Shown here piece by piece: positions 10,694 to 22,900 of a DNA stretch of 64,000 bases. The notes under the pieces were generated by a model. It worked only from the letters and a program-made list of their open reading frames with translations, ran no database searches and was not told where the DNA came from. Source of the stretch: an uncultured Nitrospiraceae bacterium (GTDB lineage: Bacteria > Nitrospirota > Thermodesulfovibrionia > Thermodesulfovibrionales > Dissulfurispiraceae); the NCBI GenBank assembly GCA_963705105.1, contig CAVPIW010000007.1, positions 160,001 through 224,000 on the forward strand. The letters are read 5' to 3'. Numbering within the stretch: position 1 is the first letter of the stretch; each line of letters begins with the position of its first letter. A program made the position numbers and the translations under genes.

Positions 10694-10987
10694 ATGATGA
10701 AACGACAATATGAGTTCCTGAAAGACTTGAGCCAAAACTTCTCCGGCGAGGCCCGCCTGTACCGGGTCGATCCGCCTGCGGAATACCTCGAAAGCGAGGA
10801 GCAGTCCCGCCTCACTCCTTACGTCGTCGCCTCGGCGACGCTTGTGCCCATGCACGGTCCCCAGGTGTTCATTTTTCCTGCCGATGAAAAGGGAGACCTC
10901 CTCGAATGGGGAGAGATCGGCGGGAGGAAAGGGACCCTCGATATCGATCTCGTCATGCGCGAATGGACGGAAACGACTGAAGGATAA
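10694..10987 (+). CDS. Hypothetical protein
   Basis: 97-aa ORF in an intergenic gap with GGAG upstream. Confidence 0.65.
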   Translation: MMKRQYEFLKDLSQNFSGEARLYRVDPPAEYLESEEQSRLTPYVVASATLVPMHGPQVFIFPADEKGDLLEWGEIGGRKGTLDIDLVMREWTETTEG

Positions 10988-10993
10988 CGACAG

Positions 10994-12862
10994 TCATGCA
11001 ATGCTTTTCATAAAGAGAGGACCGTAGCTCTTCCGCTCGATCCTCTCATCGCAGATGACCACCCTCCCCCGGTCGTCCGACGACCTGATGAGCCGTCCGA
11101 AGCCCTGCCTGAACTTGAGGACCGCCTTCGGGAGCGAATACTCGAGAAACGGGTTGCCGCCCCGATTCGCAATCTCCTCCGTCCTGGCCATCACGATCGG
11201 CTCCGTCGGCACCTCAAAGGGGAGCTTTGTGATGATCAGGCACCTGAGCGAGTCTCCTTTCACGTCGATGCCTTCCCAGAACGAATCGAGGCCGAAGAGG
11301 ACGGCATCCCTCGTCTCGCGCATTATGTCGAGCATCATGCGGTTGGGGAGTTCACCCTGGATCATCGGGTTCCGCCCGAGCGTCCTCAAGGGGCCGGCAA
11401 TCAGCATCCACGTCCTCTGCATGCTGTCGCGGGATGTGAAGAGAACGAGTATCCCGCCGTCCCCCTTTTGAGCCTCTTTGATGATGACCTGTCCCAGTTG
11501 CTCCGCGCCCCGGGGATCGTTCAGATCGATGCCGCTCCTGACGGAAACCTCTACCTGACTGGAAACGTCAAAGGGCGACGGCACTGCCACCGCTTCAGCG
11601 TCGGTGATGCCGAGGACGTCCCGGATCAGGCGAAAATCACCTGAGACCGATAGGGTGGCGGACGTGAATATGACCGCATTGTGGCTGCCGAGGATCGAGT
11701 GTTGAATAAGTTCACGGGGATAGACGGGTGACATCCTGAGGGTGATCCTGTCATTGTCCGTTTCGATCCAACGCACAAACCCTGAGACCTCCTTCGGCAC
11801 TGTCTCGAGGGCGTCGGCGCAGGCGGAGAGCTTCTGCATCGCCCCCGCGAGCTCGATCTCGTCATCCTCTTTGAATAGTCCCGTGACGGACGCCCTCACA
11901 TCGGTGATGAATGATCTCATGGACTGAGCGAGATGCATCATGATGTCTCCCGATCTCATGTCACCCCGGATCGCTGTCCTGTGTCTGAACTCGTTTTTCG
12001 CCGAAATCCAGAGGAGGGCCGCCTCGGACCGGAGCGCCTCGATGCGCTGAAAAAAATGGGGCGACTGGGCGAGGAGTCCCCGGTAATGACCCCTTGCATC
12101 GGTCCTGAGAAGCCTGTTCATGACCTTCTCGAGGTACCTGCTCGTGAGCGTAATGCCGGCGACGTCCGTGACGGCATGATCGAGGGTGTGCCCCTCGTCG
12201 ACAATGAGCACCTCCGTGTCGGGAAGCAGCTTCGAGTCGCCGGGGAGCAACGCATTTATGCCGAGCAGGGCGTGATTGGTGACGATGATCTGTGCGTCAT
12301 GCCACCTTTTTCTCGCCCTGTAATAGAAGCATTCCCTGTAGAATGAGCAGGCATTGGCCAGACAGGCGTCGGCGTCGGAGGAGACATCCTCCCAGAGACG
12401 CGACGGCCCCGCGAAATCCTCGCGGTCCCCGCTCTCTGACGCCGAAGCCCATTGGGTGAGCCTCTTCAGCTCTTCCGTCGCGCCGTTGTCCGTCCCTTGC
12501 AGCCCCCGGAGCCTCCTCAGGCAGATGTAATTGCTTCTGCCCTTCGCGATGGCATACGTGAAAGGATGGATACCGGCGAGGAGGCGGAGGTCTTTCGAGA
12601 CGAGCTGTTCCTGCAGGTTTTTCGTCCTCGTCGAGACGAGACTCTTTTTGCCGGACAGAATGACCGGAATGAGATAGGCAAAGGTCTTGCCCGTGCCTGT
12701 CCCCGCTTCCGCGAGAAGAGTCCCGCCCTCCCCGACAATGCGGGCGCAGGCATCCATCATCTGCACCTGGCCGGCCCTGACCTCAAAGTCCCGGAGAACT
12801 CCCGCGACACCGCGCTCAAGGAATTCACGGGACATTGTGGACAGTGGATTATCCGCCTCCAC
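10994..12862 (-). CDS. DinG/YoaA-family ATP-dependent DNA helicase (Fe-S)
   Basis: EAGTGTGKT, KGRSNYIC, DEGH, SATL, FWEGID, QGFGRLIR. Confidence 0.93.
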   Translation of the reverse strand: MEADNPLSTMSREFLERGVAGVLRDFEVRAGQVQMMDACARIVGEGGTLLAEAGTGTGKTFAYLIPVILSGKKSLVSTRTKNLQEQLVSKDLRLLAGIHPFTYAIAKGRSNYICLRRLRGLQGTDNGATEELKRLTQWASASESGDREDFAGPSRLWEDVSSDADACLANACSFYRECFYYRARKRWHDAQIIVTNHALLGINALLPGDSKLLPDTEVLIVDEGHTLDHAVTDVAGITLTSRYLEKVMNRLLRTDARGHYRGLLAQSPHFFQRIEALRSEAALLWISAKNEFRHRTAIRGDMRSGDIMMHLAQSMRSFITDVRASVTGLFKEDDEIELAGAMQKLSACADALETVPKEVSGFVRWIETDNDRITLRMSPVYPRELIQHSILGSHNAVIFTSATLSVSGDFRLIRDVLGITDAEAVAVPSPFDVSSQVEVSVRSGIDLNDPRGAEQLGQVIIKEAQKGDGGILVLFTSRDSMQRTWMLIAGPLRTLGRNPMIQGELPNRMMLDIMRETRDAVLFGLDSFWEGIDVKGDSLRCLIITKLPFEVPTEPIVMARTEEIANRGGNPFLEYSLPKAVLKFRQGFGRLIRSSDDRGRVVICDERIERKSYGPLFMKSIA

Positions 12863-12883
12863 CCCGTCTATCCCATGCGCCGG

Positions 12884-13579
12884 TCACGCACAGAAACCGG
12901 ACCTGCATTGATAGCGATGCGACGAGCGGACGATCTCCGTCAGCCACCTGCTTCGTTCTTCGGACAGCCCGTAGAGCCCGATCTCCTGCTCAAGCTGTTC
13001 CGGATAGCCGTAGCCCCCCAGAAATCCGTTGACGCGCGCCGCGGCCGTCGAGTTCACCAGGTCTCTGAATATGGTGTACATGGACCTTAATTCACCCATG
13101 AACTCGGGAAACCTCTGAAGGGCGTGTTTCTGGTGATACTCCTCGGCAAGGAAGAACCTTTCGTAGGTGACAATCTCCGTCGTGATGCTCCGGCCGAGCC
13201 GCGATTCCTCCCTCTCCTTCAGCTCCCGTGCGAGAGTCTCCTGCTCACCGCTGTGACAGAAAACGATATGGGCGTATTGACGGGACCAGGAACGCCGGAA
13301 AGGATCATGGCAGGACCAGAAGGCATCGAGAAGAGACTTGTAGGTCACCGTCGCGGGATCGAAATCGATCTGGACTGTTTCGGCATGGTCGCCCAGGCTG
13401 TGATAGGTCGGGTACGCCGTCGAACCGCCGGCATATCCGACGCGGGTCCTCACGACACCCGCCCTGCTCCCGAACTGGGAGTCCGGTCCCCAGAATCAGC
13501 CGAGGGCGAACGTCGCCGTCTCGATGCGCAGGGGCACCTGACTGTCGATAGGGGGGATGTTGGATCTGATAGGCATCAT
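12884..13579 (-). CDS. msrA: Peptide methionine sulfoxide reductase A, selenocysteine form
   Basis: ETATFALG-TGA(13496-13498)-FWGPD..TRVGYAGG..DHAE..AEEYHQK; TGA replaces the Cys of GCFWG. Confidence 0.92.
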
Positions 13580-13610
13580 CCGATAGATCCATTGTACCAT
13601 CATTGGTGTC

Positions 13611-13657
13611 CAAAATAACGCGACACGAGGATAGGGCATGATTTCTTCGCATAATAA
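13611..13657 (+). repeat. About 50-bp dispersed motif B (CAAAATAA..ACGAGGATAGGGCATGATTTCTTCGCA)
   Basis: Also at 23772, 44816 and 60967-61016 (reverse). Confidence 0.85.
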
Positions 13658-13856
13658 ACCCTCATCACCGCAATGAGATCTCAGGAAAGACGGGGCGAAT
13701 GCGCCGAAAAGCATCGGTGCTGCGAAACCTCTGCCTTCCCGTACAGACCATTGCAAACCAACGATCGAACAAGATTAACCTTTTACGGACACTCACACTG
13801 ACACTGACACTGTTTTTCGGAGCGTTTTGCACCGTCTTTTCGTGCAAGGCAACCGT
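13658..13856 (+). repeat. Fold-back repeat element, core type 3
   Basis: Colinear with 44875-45069; ends GAAAGACGGGGCGAATGCGCC / GAGCGTTTTGCACCGTCTTTTCGTGCAA. Confidence 0.85.
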
Positions 13857-13960
13857 GAATTATGCTTCAGAAACCACACCCTATCCTCGTTTTCAAAGTC
13901 CGGCTGCACAATATTTTGGACAGGGGTGTTGTACCATACGGCTTCACGCCCTTCCCCTTC

Positions 13961-16900
13961 CTATCGCACCCCCGTCGTGCAGGAGAGATTTTTCGGTTCC
14001 GAGAAGGTGATGACGACGACGCGGTTCTGCTGCGACGGATCGAACTCCCACCGGCATTCCGTCAGCTTCTGACCGTTCCTGCCGGCGGAGAACCTGACCG
14101 TCCTGATGCCCCCTGACGACATCTGGTATGTCGTGTTCTTCTTCTCTCCCGGCATGATGCGGTTCGTCGGCCCGAACTGTTCCGAGTCGATGGCGATGTG
14201 GACCGGGTTCGACGAGGTGTTCTTTATCTCGGCAGAGAGGTTGCGATATCCGGACGTTGTCTGGCTCCCCGACGACTGCTGCGTTCCTCCCTGTGTCGAC
14301 GTGCCTGCTCCTGCCGGGTAGCCCTCGACGCGGCTGTGACCTGCGCCGCCTGAGCCCTGATTCTGCGCCCACGTGGACGGCTGGGAGTCGGCAATGGTGT
14401 ATGTGCCCGCCGGTATCGTCACATTCGGATAGACTCTCCAGTACGCGTTTTTCACCCCGCCCTGCCCCGGCGAGCCCGTTGCCTGCCAGGGGCCGTACGT
14501 TTTTCCGCCGCTTCCCTTGAGCGAAATACTCCCCGGTGACGATGTCCCTGAACCGTTGTTCCAGTGGTAATTCTGGATCATCGTGACGACATGAGACTGG
14601 TTGATGGTAAAGGTCGTCGCTTTCGTCGGCGCATTGTACACGCCGCCTATATTGCCGTTGTCAAAGATGACCCTGCCGCTTTGTGGCGGAGTAGACTCGC
14701 CTGCTCCCGTCCCGTTATCACTCACTGAGGACCCTCCCGCCGTCCCGGACTTTATGAGTGTTATGCCTCTCAGACAGAAGCCGGGGGCGGCGTCACCGTG
14801 GTAATATTTCTTGTCGAAATCGTGCTGCCGGAAGCGGATGCCTGTGACGACGCTTCCTGACGGCAGCGGAAAGACGTTCAGCCATCTCTTGTCTCCGAGA
14901 TGTGAATCCTTCGGAAACTGGTGATCGGCGCCGCTCCCCTCGCTCCTGTTCCATTCGGACGAGTGCACACCGGCCTTGATGTCGAAGACGCGGTCACCTG
15001 TGGTGGTCTGGACGGTGATCGTCGTGACGGTCATGCCCTGTTTCACGTTGTGGGCGTTGTCGAGATTGGAGACAATTGCGATGGAATTGGCCGTCACCGG
15101 TGATGGCAGCGGGACGGCGAGGCTCATCCTCTTCTCGTGAGTCGCCTTGAGCCTGATCCATGAACCGTCATCAACTTCGATGTCCTTCACCTTCCGGGCC
15201 GATCCCTTCTTGCCGCCATAGGGAGTAAGGTCGACGTGGTAATACGGCGATGACACGGGCGTCCTGATGTCGTCCTTTGTCGGCGTCTGCACCGGCGGCC
15301 TTGTGTCAGCGGGATCCGGCGGCGGCACGACAGGGTCGGCCGGAGGTTGTACGGTGTTCGCCGATGCGATCACCCTTTCCAGGTCCTTCGTCGCGGCGAC
15401 CCGCTTGTCGCTTGACCAATAGGAGAGACTTTCCCTGCACTTTGCAAGGGCTTCTTTATTCCTGCCCTGTTTCGCCAGCGCGGAACACTCGTCCCAGAGC
15501 CTGTCCGCCGTCGCCCTGTTCTGCTGTTCCCTCTTTGTCTGCGCCACCTGTGCTTCCATATCCTTCACAGCGGCCTGACGTTTCTCACTGCTCCAGTGTG
15601 TGAGGCTTTCCCGGCACTTCGACAATGCGCCTTCCAGGTTGTTCTGTTTCGCCAGGCCCGAGCATTGATCCCACAGCTCATCGGCTGTCCTCTTCTTCGC
15701 CTCTTCCTGCTGTCGCTTCGCCTCTTCCTGGGCGACGGTCCGCTCCATGTCTTTGAGTGCGGACGTTCGTTTGTCGTTCGGCCAGAGCTTCACGCTCTCG
15801 TTGCACTTGGCAAGTGCCTCGCTGTTCCTGCCCTGCTTCGCCAGTGCGCTGCACTCGTCCCAGAGCCGGTCCGCAGCGGCCTTTTTCTCTTCGTCCTGCT
15901 TCTTCTTACCCTGCTCCTGGGCGACGAGTTTCTCCAGGTCGCGCACGACTGCCGACCTCTTCTCGTCAGGCATGATGGCCACGCTCTCGCGGCACCTGGC
16001 AAGGGCCTCGCTGTTCCTGCCCTGCTTCGCCAGCGCGCTGCACTCGTCCCAGAGCTTGTCCGCCGATTTTTTAGTTTTATCCTGCTCCTCCTGCTCTTTT
16101 TTAACCTGCTCGTCTTTCAGCTTCTTGTCTTCGGCGAGCTTTTGTGCGAGGACCTGCTCGGTCTCCACCACCGTCTTGTATTTCGCGTTGATGCGCTTCG
16201 CCTGTTCGAGGGCGGTCTTCGCCTCGTCGAACTTCTTCGCCTTGATCTGGTCCTGGGCCTTCGAGACATGGGCGTTGATCTGCTGCAGGTCCGACGACCA
16301 TTTCTGCCCGAGCTTCGGGGCGTCCTCGTTCTTCGGGTCGATCTTCTTGGCGTCATTGAGCAGGGCAATCGCCTCCTCGATCTTCCCGTTTATGTACAGG
16401 CCTTCAGCCTGCTTCACTTTCTCATGGGCGGCCTTCATGTCTCCCTGTTTCTTCGCCTTCGTGTCGGCAATCTGCTTTTCCGCATCCACCACGGGTTGGT
16501 ATTTGGGGTGAATCGCCTTTGCCGCCGCAAGGGCCTTTTCGGCTTCCGCAAGGTTGTCGGCCTTGAGGGCGTCCTTCACTTTCGCCACATCGGTGTCGGC
16601 CTGCTGCTTCTCCCTGGTCCACTTATCGGCAAGGAGCCTCGCTTCGCCGTTTTTCGGGTCTATCTTCGCTGCCTCATTCGCGAGCTGGATACCCTCCTGG
16701 AGTTTCCCCTGGGCGACGGCCTTGTTCGCCTGGTCGAGCTTCTCCGCCGCTGCCTTCACCTTTTCGTTCTTCTTCACCCGTGCGTCGGCGAACTGCTTTT
16801 CGGCGTCGACGACGGGCTGGTATTTGGGATGAAGCTTCTTCGCCTCCGTCAGCTCCCTGGCTGCATCTTCAAGCTTTTCGGCCTGGAGGAACGACTTCAC

Positions 16901-19900
16901 CTTCCCGACGTGGTCGTCCGTCGTCTGCTTCTCGGCGCTCCACTTGTCGGCCAGTTGTTTTGCCTCGGTGTTTTTTGAATCGAGACCCTGGGCCTCCTTC
17001 GCGAGGGCGATGCCTTCCTGGAGCTTCCCCTCGGTGACGAGCTGTTTCGCCTTCTGCAGTTTCTCGTGCGCCTCTTTCGCCTTCTTGCCGCTGTTGATCA
17101 TCTCCTGCGAAATCGAGACAGTCAGGGTCTGGGAACCCGCGCCGAGCTTGATCCCGTCCTTTGTCGCCTCAGCCGTGATCGTGTAGGTCCCCGTGTTGCT
17201 GCACTGGACCCTCAATTCGGAACCGCCGCCCGGCATCCCGCAGCTTCCCGAGGGGTCCACCGTCCAGTTATAGTTGACGCCCTCGACGGCAGGTGTCACC
17301 GACGCCTTGAAGAAGATCGCTTCATGAACGGCGAACTGCGTCGGTTTTACCTGCACCATGCCGCAGTCCTTCGCGTGGCCCAACTGGGTGTCGCACTTCC
17401 ATATCTGCGGAGGGGTGCCGAGGTATTTCGGCTCCGAGACGGTCACGGTGTAACCAAGCGGCGTAATCGTCACCTGTTGCTTGCCCAGTTCATCGCCGCC
17501 GTCGACGGCCTTTGCCGTCACCGTCGCCGTGATCGGCTTCGTGTCCTTCGGCTTGATCGTCGCCTTGCTCCCGGTGCCGGTGTGATATCCCGGGATGTCC
17601 CAGAAGAGCGAGACCATGCTCTCTCCCATGGGCGGCTTCGTGACGGCGCTCAGGAAAAGCTCCTTCCCGAGATAGGCCTCTTTGGGCGTATAGGTGATGA
17701 TAACCTCAGGGTTTACCGCCTCGACGGTGATCTGCTCCGACTCCCCAACGGTGGCGAAGCGGCCCTCGATCTCCTTGAGCACCTGCACCCAGACCTTCGC
17801 CGGCCCGGGACGGGAAAAGCGGGCGCTGTTGCGCATCTGAGAACCGCCCGTCTGCTCGAAGGTCGGGGTCTTCGGATCGCCGAAGGCCAGTTCGGGATGG
17901 GGCTGCCACTGGTACTTGAAGCTGCCGCCCGCATTGTTCTTGCCCGACATGACATTGGCGATAAACTTCGCCGTGCCGCCCACGGGAATCGTGTCTTCCT
18001 TGGGCGACTCCTTCTCCAGCTTGACGATGATCGCCTGCACCTGGATAGTCACGGTATCGGAGGCCGAGTTTCCGTCCTGGTCCGTCACCGACACCGACAC
18101 GGAGCCGCCGCCCGCCGTCCTGGTTTTGACGAACTTCGCGTTGGCGTCTTTCGCGTCTTCCGCGGCGCCGCCCCAGGTCCACTTATTGCCGCCCGAACCA
18201 CCCGTCGTCTCGGCATAGAGCGTCACGATATCGCCGAACTCGGCGGGGTTCTTCGACGGCTTGATCTTCACCTTCAGGGGATCGGTGTGCTTCCGGTTCT
18301 CGTTCTTGCGGTCCTTGTCCGCATCTGCCAGCTCCTTGTCGCTCGGGTCATGGCCGTAGGCGCCCTTGTAGCAGGACTTCACATGATCGGGCGGCCCGCC
18401 GGGAACGGGCGTCCTCCAGCCGCTCAGCCATCCGAAGCAGACGCAGGGCCCGCCCTTCTCCGTCGTGCTCGGCCCGTAGTAGCCGCCGGCGGTCCCGCCG
18501 CAGGCCCTGCAGAGGCAGTTCAGATAATCGGTCCTCTTGTCCGCCTCGGTCTTCGGCGGTGTGCATACCTGCTCCAATGCGGGCTTATCCCTCTCAACGC
18601 ATCCGGCCGGTTCCTTCGCGATGACGGACCGGGTCTGTATCTTCTTTTCCCGCGGGCACTCGCCCCACTCGGAATACTTGTACGTGCAGACAGGCGGCTC
18701 CTTCTTCCCGTCATCCTTCTTTCCGCTATCCGTCTTTGTATCCTCGGGCTTTGTAACGCCTGTGATGTCGTCCCCCGGCCTTGTATCCTCAGGCTTGGCT
18801 CCGTCAATCTTCTTGTCGTCAGGCTTGTCCTTCTTCTTCGTCACATAAACAGTCGCATGGGTCTCGGCCTTCCTCCCCTTCTCATCGGTCACCGTGAAGG
18901 GGACAGTCACCCAGTTCTCGTTGTCCCTGAAGGACGTCTCCGGAAAAGTGACGACCGTCTGGCCCGGCGGCATTCGGACGCCGTTGAAGGACAGACTGCC
19001 GCTGTCCTTCAGGGGAACAGCGGTGACGACAAACGTTATGGTCTGATCGTTCATGATGCTCGCGTTTTCAGGCACGACGGAGACCTGGAGCTTCGGGCTC
19101 AGGTCTGCATCGACCACCTTTACAGGCGCTGTCTCCTTTTCGGCGGACCTGCCGAACTTGTCGCGCACCACCACCTTCAGCCGCACCGTCTGCCCTGCCA
19201 GGCCCCGCGTCGACAGGTTGCTGCAGCGCGTCACCGTGTTGGGACGCCAGAATTTGCCGTCCTCGTCGAACCATTCAAAGGCGAGCCTGTCGCCGGGGTC
19301 TCCCGGCCTCAGGGCGGGGCTCTCGACGCAGACGACGAGGGTCTTGTTGTCCTCGATCTCCTCGGGAACAGGACCGAGCTTTATGACGATGTCTCCCTCA
19401 GGCCCGACAGTGAGGGATTTTGCGGCCTTGCCTTCCCTCAGGATCTGCCCGTAGGTCGGGCTGCCGGGCGTGTTCCCGATGTCCAGGACGAGGAGCGTCA
19501 CGTCGATCCTGTCTCCTTCCCTGTATTTCCGGGGATCGAGCTTGACGGACTGAACCGTTTCGCTGCTGACCCAGGGAGCGCCGCCGTTTGTGACGACGGT
19601 CCACTGGTATTTCATCCTGCCGCTGTCGACCTTCCTGATGACATCGGACTTCAGGGTCACCGGGTCTTCACCAGACAGAACCGTAATCTCGGCGGGCAGG
19701 ATGCGGACCGTCAGTTCGTCCTTGTCACTGTCGGAAACGGTGACGGGCAGATGGAACTCTTCGGTATACCCCATGCTTGTCCTGGCCTTGACGCCGATAG
19801 TCACCTTTTTTCCCTTTCTGCCCAGGCCCGAAAACTGGTACGTGCTCCCGGTGAATTTTATGTTCCTCTTGCCGTCCTCGGACCAGGCGTATTCGAGGAG

Positions 19901-22900
19901 CTTCTCCCCCTCCGGCAGGCCGCCCTCCGGTTCGACAGCAACGTCGAGGACATCTTTTTCCTGGACAGTCGTCGTCTTGACGATGAATTTCAGCCTTATC
20001 TTCGGGCATTTGTCGGCAGGCAGCACCGTGACCTTCTTGTCCATGACCGCTTCTTTCGCTGCGTCCTTTGAGATTCTCGCCTTGAGGCGGAGGGTGTTGC
20101 CGCCGCTGTACTTCGGCGTCCATGTCGCCTCGTTCTTGTCCGACTTGGACGTCTCCTCGCCGTATTCGAGGATCGACCACTCGGCGACGCAGTCGTCGCA
20201 GGGCCTGTCGTATTTCGCCTTGAAGGTGGCGGGGGTGCCGATGCAGACCTTTTCAGGTCCCCTGATGTCGGTGATCTTGAGATCCGATCCCTGCCCTCCC
20301 AACGCCGCGAGGGCCTCGTCATACTCTTTCTTGCAACCCTCCGCGATGTACCGGTTCGTCTCCTCGTAGACGGCAAGACAGATGGCCGGTTTTACGAGGG
20401 GCGCAAGCAGCTTTTCCGTTACCTTGTCCCTGCCGACGATCTTCTCCACCTCGGCCTGGCATTTCTTGACGGCCGCCTTGACCCTTCCGTCCAGTTCCTT
20501 CGCCTCCTTCGCCCTGTTCGCGATTGCGGACTTGGAGCAATCGGGGAAGAGGCCCTTGACCCAGACGTACTTCTCTCCCTTGTGGTCCTTCCTCTCCTCG
20601 ACGGCGGGATCATTGGCCTGCCACTTGTCCTTGATCTTGAGGATGGACTCGTTCGCGTTCTTGAGCTGTCCGAAGTTGTCGACGAGGGCCTGCAGCTCCT
20701 TCACATCCTCGAGATAGCTGTCTCCGCCGAAATAGCCGACATTGAAGGTGATCAGGGATTCCCTGCATCCGAGCTCCTTTTCGATCCGGACCACCTCGTG
20801 GAGCTTCTTGCCGCTCCACCAGGCCTGCGCCTTTTCGAGCTGCTCGACGACGCCCTTGAAGTACTCGACAGCCGTGTCGTCGACCTTCTTGCGGTATGTC
20901 TTGAGAAGCTGTTCGCCGTACTTTCCGCCCCTCACGTCCCAGTTGAAGGGGAAGGTGCCCATACGGCCGCTTGAAACGGCGGAGTTGTCGAGCATCTCCT
21001 GGTACTGCAGGAGCACGGGGTGGTTCTTGATCTGGGGGATCAGGATCTGGTAGAGACCTGTGCACCTCATGGGCAGCTTCAGGATGGCGTCCCTGCCCGT
21101 AACGGTCATCTCTCCCTCGGAAGGGCATTTGTAGGTGACGCTCGTCAGCTTCCAGCCGGCGCCGGCCTGCTCGAACTTCGCCCCCCGGTACAGCTCGTTG
21201 ACCATGTCCTCATATTTCCACTCCTGCATCTTCCCGACGCTCCACTCTGCGGCGCCGAGGGCCATGCCGTAGAGGCCCTCCGGGATCGCCAGGGGCGGGA
21301 AGATGGTATAGACCACCTCAACCCCCATCCTCAGGTAATTGCCGTGGACGAAGGCCTCCACCGCCCCTCCCACGGGGGTCCGGCGGCGGAAGATCTCGAC
21401 GGAGAGGTTCGTGAAGGACTCGTTCCAGCTCCCGGCCTTCATGACGGCGTCATAGTAGCTCTTCACCTCCGAGGCGAGGTTGAAGGCCTGGAAGGCGGCG
21501 CTCTGGCCGATCTTACCGAGAACCGACTCGTTCAGGGCCTGGTTGATCTTTGCGATCGACTCGATCCGGATGATCGTGGTTTTCCTGACCTCCTCCTTGC
21601 CGCCTTCGACGACAGTCCTCTCCAGCTCGATAATCCCCGTCGAGCGGAGGCTCTCGATGGTTTTGTTGTCCAGGGTGTCGAGGAAATTGTTGATCGCACC
21701 GATGGTCTCCGCTGATTTCTGGTAAGCCCGCATTGCCGCTTCCTGGACCATGGCAAAGACGATCTTCGTCATCTCCGGGTTGTCCGCCGCCTTCTCGATG
21801 AGCTCCTTCAGCCGCTTCTGCTCCGCCGCGGGCAGCTTGAAGGCCTTGCTCTTGAAATACTCCGCAAGCTGGAGCATTACTTCACGGGCCTTGGGCGGGA
21901 AGGGGACCGCCTCCTCACCGCCGCTGAAGGCCTTGAACTCGTTCTCCAGGTCGTCGAGGAGCCTCTTCTTCTCGGCATCCTGCTCGGCCAGTGTCTTCAT
22001 CGACTCGGCCTTCTTGATCCGCGCGTCCAACCCCTCCTCGATGTTGTGCGTGATCACGTCGGTCATGCGCTTCGCGATCGCCTTCAGCGCGCCCTCGGGA
22101 TTGTTCACCCAATCGGGACTGCCCGCAAGGTCGCCTGTCCTCTTCATGATCAGCCAGAGGGCGATCTCGGGGTTGATGCCCTTCATCTGCTTCAGCTCCG
22201 TGATCATGCCGGCGAACTTGACGATGTCCGTGTCGATGGGCTGCGGCTTCGCCCCCGCCGCTTCGAGGATCTTGTCGTGCTCCTTGGCGCTCCTGTCGAG
22301 GTATTTCGACATCTTGATGATCTTCTCGTGGAGGGCGAGGTCGGCATGGACGGCGTCGGTGGTGATGTGCCGGAGGAACTCGAGGCTGATGCCCGGCTCC
22401 ATGTCGTATTTCGGAGTAGGCGTCTTCTTTTCCTGGAGGATGTCGGCGAGCCGGTCCGGTTCTCCCCTGCTCATGGCGATGTTGTTCTTCAGAACGGCGA
22501 ACATAACGGCCTTTTCCGTCGCGTCGGCGTCGTGCTTGACGAGATTGCCGTCGTCGTCGCGCCGGATGATCTGCATCTTGCCGCGCCTGATTGCGTCGAT
22601 TTCGGCCCAATCGGCGCCATAGTCGCCGATATAGACGCTGAGCGTCGCCGCCCGGTGAGCCGTCGAGAGGGCGTCCACAGCGACCATGTCGAGGTTGAAG
22701 ATTTTCCCGATCTCTGCCCCGAAGAGGTCCCGGACGACCTTCGCCTGTTCGGCATCGAGCATGATGACGGTAAAGTCGATATCTCCCTCGAAGCGCATCT
22801 TCTCCATCGGTTCGCTCACCCAGCCGCCCACATCCATCCTCGCCAGGGGCGGGCTGTCGGGATGGTCGCTGTAATACCGTGCGACCACGGCGTCCCAGGC

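Noticed and set aside
17066..20071. 1001-aa ORF and other long antisense ORFs (15596, 22046, 25541, 46139, 51923)
   Set aside because: Shadow frames of high-GC genes on the opposite strand, with no recognisable motifs
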